Source: Camelus dromedarius
Taxonomy: Eukaryota
Reading direction: 5' to 3'
Assembly: GCF_036321535.1 (NCBI RefSeq)
Contig: NC_087436.1
Span: 120,220,001 to 120,284,000, forward strand
DNA: 64,000 nt
Below the pieces are notes generated by a model. The model searched no databases, was not told the origin of the DNA, and saw only the letters and a list, made by a program, of their open reading frames with translations. Every line of letters starts with the position of its first letter. Positions within the stretch are counted from its first letter, which is position 1. The position numbers and the translations under genes are program-made. This document shows positions 25,801-36,553 of the stretch, in pieces.

Positions 25801-26374
25801 TTCAGGCCCACCCTGAATCCTCTCATGTGCTGGGATTTCAGCAGGGCCTTATTCCCTGCAGAAGTGTAGGGTCCTCTCTAGGGACAACCGCGTCCTTGGG
25901 GAAGGGTCTCCAGCCGGCCTGGGGCTGTGTCTTCCACTGAGCTGCCTCTGACTCCCTGGAGGGGGATCTTGGGGACCTCAAGAGAGAGGACAGACTTGAA
26001 GGGTTAGGGAGGTGGGACCAGAGCAGTAGCAGGACCGTCTACGGGGTCTGGGCCAGGGGAGGGGGCCCACGTGACCTTGTGTTCTTCTAGGGGCAGTGAA
26101 TCTCACCCTATAAGGCTCAAGACTCTTCTTCCAACAGAAAATCAATACCATCCCTTTCCTGTGCAGAAATCAGGTTCGTTACTGCCCCAGGCAGACAACA
26201 GAGTCTATGATGAAACATGTACTTCAGTGAGACCTCCTTTGGAGGGGTTGGCAGTGCTGGCTGAGAACCACTGCCGTGGTGGAGAGGCATGTCACACCGC
26301 TTGGTCATAGCTGCTCCATTGTCTGCTTTCCTGCTGGGGCCTGGGGACCGGGACGTATTCACCACCTCCTCTCT

Positions 26375-26457
26375 GCTGCCTAGCCCTGTGTCCAGCACAT
26401 AGTAGGTGCTCAATGCATGTTTGGTGAAAGGACGGATGAATGACTGAATGATGAATT
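26375..26457 (+). mobile_element. L2 3' terminus
   Basis: ccagcacatagtaggtgctcaatgcatgtttggtgaa followed by a (tgaa)-like tail. Confidence 0.8.
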
Positions 26458-26670
26458 TAGTCCCAGGTGAGATGTGCTGATGGGGTCATGAGTGGGATGA
26501 GGGTGGGCCTGGCCCTGGGGAGCCCACAGAGGACCCTGGTGGCGGCAGCCGGCTGTGCGGGCTTGCCCCCAGCGGTGTCTCTGCCTCTCCCAGCTCCCTG
26601 CGTGCTTCTCCAGGGCAGGCACTGCCCTTGTCTTCTCGGTACCCCCCTTGGCGCCCCACACAGCGTCTGG

Positions 26671-26750
26671 CACAGAGTGAGGGCTCAATAAATACCCGTT
26701 GAATTTAACGCATCTCAATTCAACAAACATTTACTGAGCACCCACTGTGT
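26671..26750 (-). ncRNA. MIR95: pre-miR-95 hairpin (intronic, L2-derived); mature 3p about 26703-26682 UUCAACGGGUAUUUAUUGAGCC
   Basis: Near-perfect inverted repeat made of two opposed L2 3' ends. 21 of 22 nt match the recalled miR-95-3p (UUCAACGGGUAUUUAUUGAGCA). Same strand as host; ABLIM2 is the established host gene of miR-95. Confidence 0.95.
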
Positions 26751-29280
26751 AGAGTGTCACAATCCTACCTTCCTGGGCGCGCTACAGATGGATGTCCCAG
26801 GGACACAGGTGTGCCTTGCTACGTGCAAATGCTCTGTTTGACACCGGTTGTAGGCAAATGAAACTGGTGTTGATGGATTGGGGGCTACTTGGTGAGATCC
26901 GAAGGAACCCCAGAAAAGAAGGTGGATAACCTGTTTCTGGATAACCCTCAAGAAGTTGGCAGACAGCAAGGCTTGCCTGATCTATGCACGGACAGTAGCT
27001 TGGGTCCTCGCTGCTACTTCCATGCACATCAGGAAATCAGGCCATATCATCAGATAGAAAGGGATCATTGCGATGGTTAGATGGGGTTTCCCACCTGGAG
27101 GAGCTGACAGAACAGCAATGGCAGGGAAGGGGTGACAGATCTATAATCATGTCATCCTGAGCTCACATCCGTGAAGGAGGAGGACACAGCACACAGGCTG
27201 TTTGTACCACGGAGGAACCGCCCCAGTTAGAGCATGACTCCCAGCACGGGCACCCGGAATCCTGCAGCCCCGGGCGCACGGGGGACGGGAAGAGCCGGTT
27301 CCCACCTGCGGTCACACGTGCAGCCTGTGATGGGGACGCAATGGCAAGGAATGGAGCTGACATACAGACCTGGCAGGCGTGTGACCGGCCAAGCAAAGAG
27401 CTGTGCAGCCTCAGGCCTGGCAGGGCCACAGCCTGGGGGATGCCTAGGACGACTGCAGGGCACCTCGCCCCGCAGGTGCGGAGGAGGAAGCAACGGTCAC
27501 ACAGCAGGTCAGTGGCACAGGGAGGTCCCCATGGGGCGGCCCATCTCCTGCCCAGGCTTCTCCCCACGTGGTGCCCCCACCTCCCTTGGCCACAGCCACG
27601 AGCCGGCTGTGAAGGTACATGGGACTCCCCGGAGTAGGGGGTGGCAGCAGCTGCCCTCCGAGGACAGACTAGGGGAGGTGGTGGCCATCAGCCTTGCAGA
27701 TGCAGGCCCGCCCAGCACCGGCAAGGGAAGGACTGAAGCTCTAGCGTCAGACCACCACAGACCCCCAGAGTCCTTTCTTGAGCACCCTCAGGCCCTCGGG
27801 GCTGATGCCTTGGTGCCCTCCAGGTGTGGGGGGTGCCAGGGGGGCTGGTGCAGCAGGAGCGCTGCGCCTTGCAAACACAATTGCCGTGAGTTAAAATGGA
27901 GCACAAAGCAGTGGGGCCTATGGCCAAGGCCAGTGGCCAGGGCCCACATGCAAGTCCTGCATGACCAGGCACAGCTGAGCGGGAGGACCTGCTGCCCCTG
28001 CTGGGTTGGGGTCTGCCCATCGGTTCTCCCGTGACCAGCCCTGCCGCTGGAGGGACGGGCAGCCTGCCATGGCCCTTCCAGACCTGCCCCAGGAGGACTA
28101 CAGGGCCACCTGGACGAGTCCCGCTGGGGGACTCCCTGGCGTGGCCTTCCCGTGGTGACGTCAGCCCTGGGAGCTGGCTCTGCGGTCCCACCTAGAGAGA
28201 TGCAGCCCAGGCGGGCTAGGGCACAGGGGCGCGTGGGCATCTGCTTACGAAGCTCATGCAAAAGACAACACATCCTTTCTTTGTTCAGACTTCTTCTTTA
28301 ACGAGTGGTAATCTCCCAGCCTCCTCACTCCGCTCCTCGCCAGAACCCCTGCACCCTCATTGGTGAGACAGTTCACAGCATGAGGATGGTGATGGCGATG
28401 GAAGACGGAGGGTTTGCTGAGCACCTACTACGGGGCAGGCACAGAGCCGGCTGCACACGTGGTGCCTCCCTCGGGTCTCTAACCACCTGCCAGGCAAACA
28501 GGTGGAACCGAGGCCCTGCCCGTGGTCAGGTGGCCAGTCAATGGCGGGCTAGGGTTTGAACTCGGGTCTGTCTCATCGCACAGCCAGTGCCTTTCCTCTG
28601 GTTTCTCCCATGCCCATCTGCTCCCGGCCTCGGCTTCCAAGCTAAGCCTCCCCTTTGCCCACACGGCCCGCCTGGGCCCCAAGGCCACGGCCGCAAACGA
28701 TTCCGTGCGTTAGACCCAGCTAGCTGTCATTCTCGCTGGGCGAGTGACGGCCTCTGGACGTGAAGACTGTTACCAGGAATCTCACCCTATGTCTGGTGAG
28801 CACGCCTGCTCAGACTCATGACCCCCCGAGGATACAAGGTCCCGGCTCCCCGTCCCATGTGCAAGATGAGCGTAAGAGATGGGACAGTGCTGTTCTCGAC
28901 TCCGAGTCTGGACTTGCCCGCCTGGACCATGCTCCTGTCCTCTCTGGAGGGAAATGGGCCCTCAGCGTCCAGCCTGGCAGCCGGGAGGCCTTTTTCCCGA
29001 AAGAGCCCAGGAGCCTGATTTGGTCTCCTACCCTCTTGCCAATTCTGGAAAGCTCTGGGAGACCCACTGGCGCAGTCTAAGGGATGTCCATACGAGGGGG
29101 GCCAGCACACGACTAAGCGTCTGCTCCCCACCAGTCTGCCCTTCTGTCCTCCGGTTTGCTCTCAGAATTTTTAACGAACCAGGCTTAGGTCTGGAGGGAC
29201 TGGTTTGAAGTGGCGGGCCCCTTTTCTGCCAAGCCCTTTGGTGCCACACTGACAGCTCCTTGCTCAAAAGAACCACTCAC

Positions 29281-29422
29281 GTGAGTAAAAGTTGTCCCCT
29301 TGCGTCATTTGGAGAGGGCCTCTATCAGTCCCACTACTGTGGGACAGAGACTGGCTGTCCAGGTCTGGAGAGTTAGTCCGAGTGTCTGTGTCTCCCTTGA
29401 GAATCAGCCAGCTGGTCTTCTG
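29281..29422 (-). CDS. ABLIM2: ABLIM2 exon ([Q]KTSWLILKGDTDTRTNSPDLDSQSLSHSSGTDRGPLQMTQGDNFYS); NAGNAG acceptor, start 29422 or 29419
   Basis: ttccttctctcag CAG AAG ... TCA C|gtgagt; phase 0/1. Confidence 0.95.
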
Positions 29423-29914
29423 CTGAGAGAAGGAAAAAAAGTCACGTGAATTTCCAGGTCCCCTGCAAGGGCACTGCCCCATTTTACAGATGAGGAAACT
29501 GAGGCACTGGGTGGTCAGGGGCCCAGATGGTTTCACTTGGAGAGAGCCAGCCTTGGGCTATCCTCACACCCACCCTCCTTCCTTAAAGACAAGCAAAGGG
29601 GGCCTTAGTCCCTGAGCCAGGGCAGGCAGGCTCGGCCCGTGGGCCGAATCCTAATTCCCGCACTGTGATCTGGTTTCCTGTCTTTCAAGAAGTCTCCTCA
29701 TTTACAAAACCACGACCACGTTAACCCGGCACATAACAGGGACTTCGTAGCAGATGTGCTAATCGTAAGCGTAGGAAGGAGGCTGCTGGGACCTCTTCTT
29801 AAATTTGGTCCCTGTTCCATGTGGCTTCATGGGACCCTCAAGGAACAGAACCGAGGAGGGGGAGCCTGAGGCTTCTGAACGAGGCCGTTCCCACCCCATC
29901 AGCTCCTGCATTAC

Positions 29915-29967
29915 CTTCCTGTTATCTGGGTCAAAACCTCCATCCTCCCCATCTGACCGCCTCGCAG
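29915..29967 (-). CDS. ABLIM2: ABLIM2 exon ((A)ARRSDGEDGGFDPDNRK)
   Basis: tcttcccttccag|CT GCG ... AAG|gtaatg; 53 nt, phase 1/0. Confidence 0.95.
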
Positions 29968-32900
29968 CTGGAAGGGAAGAATTAATTGGTCAAGACAGCA
30001 CGCCACTGATTCCGGGTGTCTGTGTCACAGTTCCCACGGCACAGTCATGCTCAGAAATGGAAGCTCATCAAAAAAACAGGGGCCAGCCCTCGTCCTTTTA
30101 AGGGCTGAGGGACAGGGCCAGCTGGAGAAGGTTCTGGCAGGAATGCTGCCTGCGGAGGGCTGGGTGCCTGCACAGGATGGGCTTAGATCAGAGCAGGTGT
30201 GTGAAGTGATGTCTAATTACAATTCCAGCCAAGCCCCGACCTGGGGAAATCGCGTCCTGTTCTTAGATGCGCCCACCTGGCATTTTACAGAACCCACTTT
30301 GCACGTGTCAAGTTTAAAGTAACAGAAGTTCCCAGTTGTCCAGCCCCTGCTGGGTCAGTCTCATCTGGGCGCTGCATGGACATTGCTGCTTATCCCCACA
30401 CAACAACCCATTTCTCAGATCAGAGAGACCACGTGCCTTTCTCAAGATCAAGGATCCGCGGGTGGCAGGGGCGGACATTTGAACCCTGGCAATCTGACTT
30501 CAAAGTCCTTCCTCTGTCTGCCCCAACTCACTTCCCACAAAACACAAAACGGGGAGCAAGTCATGCCGCTGGAAGAATTCCACGAAGAGCAGTGAAGAGG
30601 GTGCAATGCACAACCAGAGATGAGCTCAGTGGAACCAAGCAACACCATCCTCTGTGCAGCAGCCTATCTGGAGCTGAGTGAAGAGGTGTCTGTGTTCTCC
30701 ACTGGCCTGTTTTGGGGGAGGGGAGTCACCCAGCTGGGCTGACGTTATCTCAACCAAGCAGGAGAAAGTTAATCACACGAGGGCATGCAGACAGTTCTCA
30801 GCATCCAGTCCGGCATGTAGAGACCCAGCCCGTGCACCCGGGCTGACTCACCGGCCCCATGCATGGAGCAATGGAAAGGAAAGCCCCAGTCCTTCGCCAC
30901 CTGCCACGGACCGAGGCCGCAGTAAGGACGTGCTGGGGTGGACTCCTTACCTGCCGCCTGTGCAGGGCTGGGACCTTCTAGCGTTTTGGAGCCCCCTGCC
31001 TTGTGCACCACCAAGGACAAGACTGACATCAGGCCCGAGAGCTTGGAAATTGGGGATTGGGCTACCGGACCTTGACAAGATAAGGCCACAATTGAAGACT
31101 GCTCTAGACACACTGACATTTCTTTCCTCCCGACTGCTACTGCTCCTCCTCCTCCCAGGAGAGACAGTGGTTTTCAATATGAAAATAAAACCCCTGCTGT
31201 CTCCCCTGGCGGAGGCAAATTGATGGCCAGCCGCGAGAGGGGTTACAGTGATGGAGAGGCAGAGGGGCAGGGAGCGCAGAGGTGGACGCACGCCCGTCGA
31301 CGTGGGCTCTCCCGTCGCCGGGACAACGGCCATCGCCAGGCAGCGGAGCCAAGTGTCTGGCTACACAGCAGCCGCGAGAGTCACGGCCCCAGGGACAGCC
31401 AGGCCAGTGGCTGCTTGGCGTTCTGAGAGCGTCGCCGCTGCCACGTCCGGGAGGGCCCCCAGCGCGGGCTGCTGGTGAAGGTGAGCGAGCCGCGTCCCTG
31501 GACACCTCAGAGGCCCCCGAAGGGACCGCCACACTTGGGGTAACTTGCACGTGCAAAAGCAAATCAGCAGCCTCTAACCGAAGGGCGTTTTGGGATGTGA
31601 AACCCCAGGAGCTCAGGCCACAGGGCCCAGTGGCCATGCCGCGTCTGAGGACTGCACACAGCCGTGGGGAGTGCGTTGGGCCACACAAGCTCCGCTGTAA
31701 AGCTACCTCAGGGCTTAGAAGGGGCCGCACCTCTGGCAGAGGGGATATCCCACCAGGATTTAGCAAGTGTTCTCTGCAAACGTCACCAGCTTTGCCAGGT
31801 GGGCACAAGGTAACCAGACTTAAAACAAGGGCTTTCCAGAGCCCAGGTCTGCCAGCCTGCAAAACACACCAGGGACTCTCTTGAGAAGCAGGAGCTCGGC
31901 TAGGCAGAGAGAAGGATCTGGCACTTGGTGTTACTTGCGGGCTGCTTCCTTCACGGCACTGAGCCTCGGTTTCCTGGTCTGTAAAATGGGCAAACACCAC
32001 CCACTCCCAACCACTCCACGCTGTGAGGCTCGCCCGGGCTAACATGTGAGGCTGCAACATGATGAGGAACTCAGCTTACAGGTCTAAAATATTAGGACGA
32101 AACAAGAGGCTGCCTTGCTGATTTGGAGCATGTGTTTCAGGGAGCCAGGAAAAGACAGGTCAATCCAGGACCCCCGGAGAAGTCGGACTGAGAGCGTCTT
32201 CCCTGGCCCACAAGCAGGTCCTTCTGAGCCCTGGGGTGAGTCTGCCGCAAGCGCCCTTTGGGGAAAGGCTGACGTCCTGCTCCCTGCAGCCCTCAGTGAG
32301 TCTTTGGGGGAAGCACCCCAATGAGAGTGGAAGGTCTCTGATTTTCTCTCTGGATATGGAGTCAGCCTGTCTTCCCTGTCCTCCCATCCCAAAGCCAAAA
32401 TGAGCCTCAACCCCGCACCCAAGGAATCCCAGAGAGACACACAAGACGAGATGAATCCCCATGTTACAACAGGGACCAAAAACGGAGCTTAGAGTACACG
32501 CTGCACGGGCTGCCTCTGCTGTCTGGTTTGGGTGGGCGGCCCCGGGAGGTGGGAGGGCGGGAGGGAGGGAGGGAGCCCCCCTCTGTCTGCAAAGGTGGGT
32601 GTGGGAGGGGACGGCCGCCACCCCTGCCTCCTGGGCCACTCCTCCCACGCACATGGCCTTCGGATGGCTCCCACGTGCTTGCTTACAAGTGAAACAAGAC
32701 ATCTGTCCCCGTAGCTGGACAGTCAGCTTCCTGGGAAATCTGGGGGCGGCATTACTTTTTCCTCTTGAATTCATTTTAAATGGTCTGAAAACCGGGCCAG
32801 CCTCCCTCCGTTGAGAGGAATGTTCTGCCCTGTGTCGAGCATCCCAGGGCCTCCCCTGGAGCCCCTCAAAGCCGGATCCCTGCTCCAGAGGAGGAGCCGG

Positions 32901-35039
32901 GTCCGCGAGGGCGTCGGAGCTGGCAGGGGCATGGCTGTGGCTGGAGTCCTGTCTGCCTCAAAGGGTCCTGGGTTCAACACCGCGAGCCACTCAGGACCGT
33001 TCAAAAGAGACCAAAAGCACCCCGGTCGTGGCTGGACGTCCAGCAGGTGGTGGGAGGCACCCGCGCCCGCCCTCTGCTGTTTTGCCACGTCTTTTCCCGG
33101 CGGGATGTGATCCTTCCTCCCCTTCCTCGCCCCTTCCTCCTTATTTCCCACTCAATTCCTTTTGCTTCCTCTCTTCTCTATCTTATTCTCTTTTTTTAAG
33201 CCATTAAATTGTAACCAAGTAGGGTTAGAACTAAGGTAGTTCAAGAAAATATTGTTGGTCCCTTAAATGCAGTAAAATGAGAGCGGTGGGTGCAGGGTGC
33301 AGGGGTCAGCGGTCAGGCAGACCTGGGTGGGATGTGGCCACCGACAGGTCACTTCGCAGCCCTGGCCTTAGCTTCCTGGTCTGTGATAACGCCAGTCGCA
33401 GGGCTGTGCGGAGATGAAACACCGCACGCACGATGCAGCTACGTGGCGGCTAGTCACCCTTGTCCTCCACCTGCTGTCCCCACCTGGCCTCCCCCCTCCT
33501 GGCCATCCTCACACTAGATGCTCGCTTCCCCAAAACAGGAATGGGGTGAAAGCACTGAAAAGAGTGTTGCTAATCTTTTTAAAGAAACAAAAACTTTTGA
33601 TGAGTTGGAAATGAAACATTGAAAAGTAAATACATTAATTAAAAAGTGTAATTTTTGAAACTCACTGAATATAGTCTCTTAAATTAATTAAACGGCCCAG
33701 GAACTCAACGTTATCACTCAGAGTCTGGAGATGAAAATGGTGGCTTCTGGATGGGCCACCAACCAGATGGCCCATTGAGGGATGACTGGATGGGCGGTTT
33801 GCTGGGACTGGGGGCTGCGGGCTGCCAGGGGGCTGCAGACACACACGTGCGTGCTCACACACATGCTCACACACGTGCATGCCCCGCCCTGCCCCACACA
33901 CTTTCGACAGCTGTGCGCCGGCTGAAGGGGGCAAATCTTATAAACTCAAAACATCTCAAATGCTCTGGAAATCAGATGCGTCCCGACACATCCGCCATGT
34001 CCTGAGCGTGTCAAGAGAGCTGGCTGAGAGGACGGCCCGCCAGGCACGCACGCCCACCCCGTTCGCGGCCATGTCCACGCGAGTGGGGACAGGTGGTCCT
34101 CGGCTTCACCTTCACAACGTGGCTGAGCTCCTGGCAGAGGAAAGGCACTCTAGAGGGTTTATTTTGGAAAATAACCAATAAGCCCAAATTCTACAACGTT
34201 AAAATGGTTTTGGTATTGCTTAGCGTTCAGTCATAGAGGAAACTACCTGACTTTGGAAAGGAGAGGTGTTTATATGCTGATTATAAAAAAATAATAAAGA
34301 AAACCACTGGTAAGAGTAAACAGAATCTCCACTGCACGATCTCGTTAAAGGACTCAGTCTCGGAAGCTCTTGGTCTCAGATCTGGCTCCATCAGACGCCA
34401 CTGGGCAATTTCATACTCTGATTTCCTGCCTGTCCCCCTCCTGGGGGCTGCCCCTCTTACCCTGTGTGGGACATGACGTGCCAGAGGTTAACGAAAGCCA
34501 AGTCAGCAGTCCCTCCTGCAGGCGAGGACAGAACAGGCCTGCGTGTGGGCGCCACGGCCCAAAGGCAGCGCTGTGTGCTTGCTCCTGCCTTCCCCGGGAC
34601 TCAGCTTCCCCACCTGGGACACGGGGGGCTGGTCTGGACCATCTCTGAGGGCCCTGGACCCTACGAGCCCCTCCGCCTCTGAGCCGTCAGGAAGATCTGT
34701 GCTCTCGGCTTCTCTGGCTGAGAAGCCGTGCTAAAAGGCATCGCCTTCCGGAGACCCAGGACTTTCCATTCACTGTTTTCTTTCTCGGGAAGAGGAAGAA
34801 ATACACAAAGCACAGGGCCTACTGCAATCAAAGAGGAAATTTAAAAACCAAAAAACAAACCCTGTTGTTTGCACAACTGGACCACGGATTTGTCAGTAAC
34901 CCACCGAAGACATACTTTTATACGATTCCGACCAACAGCGTCCACCCGGTCAGCAACAGGGGGCGTGGCTGTTTTTTTACTGCATCTGGACAAGAATTTA
35001 AGTATGTGAATTCCTCTTCCCAACTCTCTAGACACGTAA

Positions 35040-35200
35040 TAACAATAACAATCCCCATCATGTGTACAGCACTTCACAGTTTAGAACATGTTTCCAGGTA
35101 CATTATCCCATTCGGTCCTCACAACCAGCCTGTGAAAAGGGCAGGGTGGAGGAACTGGTCCTGTTTTGCAGACAAGGAGACAGAGGCTCAGGATGGTGAA
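35040..35200 (-). mobile_element. MIR SINE
   Basis: cctcacaaccagcctgtga...tttgcagacaaggagacagaggctcag. Confidence 0.7.
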
Positions 35201-35861
35201 ATCACCAGAAACTCCATGAGGAAACAGAGGGGAGACCTTGACCCTTCCGCTCCCTGCGCACCTGTGCCTGGCAGGCTCAGGTGGAGCGGAGGTGGACGGT
35301 CACCCCTCGAGGGAAACCAGGGACTGAAAGACACCCGCACCACCAAACATCTCCAGTCCCGATTTGCTGATGCAAGAACTCCCTTTGACTGAAGGCCAGG
35401 TCCTTCATTCTGCTGTCAGACACGCCCACAACACAGGGCTTAAGCTCTCCAGTCAATGCCTGATGCTGGTGCGTTCTATTCTCCAAAGACCGGGCTGGGT
35501 CAGGCTGCGGTCCAAGGACCTCCATCCCTCACCATCTTGGCCCAAGTTTGCCTGGCTGCTTCCCTCAAAGTAGCACCACCGAAGCCACCAAGACCAGCTC
35601 TCGGCTACAAAGTCCCATCCCCAGCCTGGCCCCTGTAAGTCAGCCCTGGGTTTATACGCACAGAGGTGTCCTTCCTTGACAGACGTTTCATTGTCATTTC
35701 TGAAGGGGGCTTTCGGGAATCTGCGCCTAATACTCAGACTGTGGGGCCTCTGGGGCGCCCTCCCCACCGTGTATCAGAGCGCAACAAAGGGGAGCACGCA
35801 GAAGCAACGGCGTCAACACGCATGCGGGGCAAACGCAGCGGCAGAGGAGGTCCGGCTGTAC

Positions 35862-35915
35862 CGTGCTGCCTGTAGATGGGGGGCTTCCTATAAATGTTAT
35901 CTTTGACGCCAGTGT
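35862..35915 (-). CDS. ABLIM2: ABLIM2 exon (DTGVKDNIYRKPPIYRQH), conserved ABLIM/dematin NIYRKPPIY motif
   Basis: ttcttctttcccag|AC ACT ... CAC G|gtacag; 54 nt, phase 1/1. Confidence 0.96.
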
Positions 35916-36451
35916 CTGGGAAAGAAGAAAGAAAGAGAAAATAAGGAGAGCGCAGCGGGATGAGAAAGCACATCGTGATGGTTTCCATTCTACCGCTTTT
36001 TGTCAGCAGCGATCTGTCACCCAGGTTTGGAATCACCAGGAAGAACCTAGCACCCCGCCGGCCACTGGCACCCCGGCCCCACACCGTGGATCGGCCTCGC
36101 AGCCCAGATGCCACCTGCCATCCGAAGCGGCAGAGGGAAAGAGGCAGCTGGAGGGGGCGGCCAGGGACATCTGGGGTCCTGTCGGCCCTTCTCCAGCCCG
36201 TCCCCAGGAGGGCAGCAAAGTCTCCCAGTGTTTGTAGGGCTTTTGGAGAAAAACACACACATGCCAAGTGGGGATGTGCAACCCATCTGCAGATCTTTAA
36301 AGAATCTCAGAATTTGGGGGTGGGGGAGATGGAGAGGCTTGGGGATCATGCAACTCCCGCTGAGGCCGGGCAGGTCCTCCCCCCGCCCCCTACAACTCAA
36401 GTGCGGACAGACGGTCTGCCCGGAGAGCGGCCGTGCGTCCCGGGCGCCTAC

Positions 36452-36553
36452 CTGGGACGTGGAAGTGGCGAGGAGCCTGCTGGTAGGTGGAGGGGGGAGG
36501 CTTGCTGTCTGAGAGCACGGAGAGGCTGGGGGTGCTCCGGCCACTTGCACTGC
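36452..36553 (-). CDS. ABLIM2: ABLIM2 exon (GSASGRSTPSLSVLSDSKPPPSTYQQAPRHFHVP)
   Basis: ttccgtctggag|GC AGT ... CCA G|gtaggc; 102 nt, phase 1/1; conserved PRHFHVP motif. Confidence 0.94.

Noticed and set aside
31137..32060. 307-aa minus-strand ORF, and similar 150-290 aa ORFs such as 27234-28034 and 55761-56630
   Set aside because: They run through MIR/MLT1 repeats or GC-rich intron, with no recognisable homology or exon structure.
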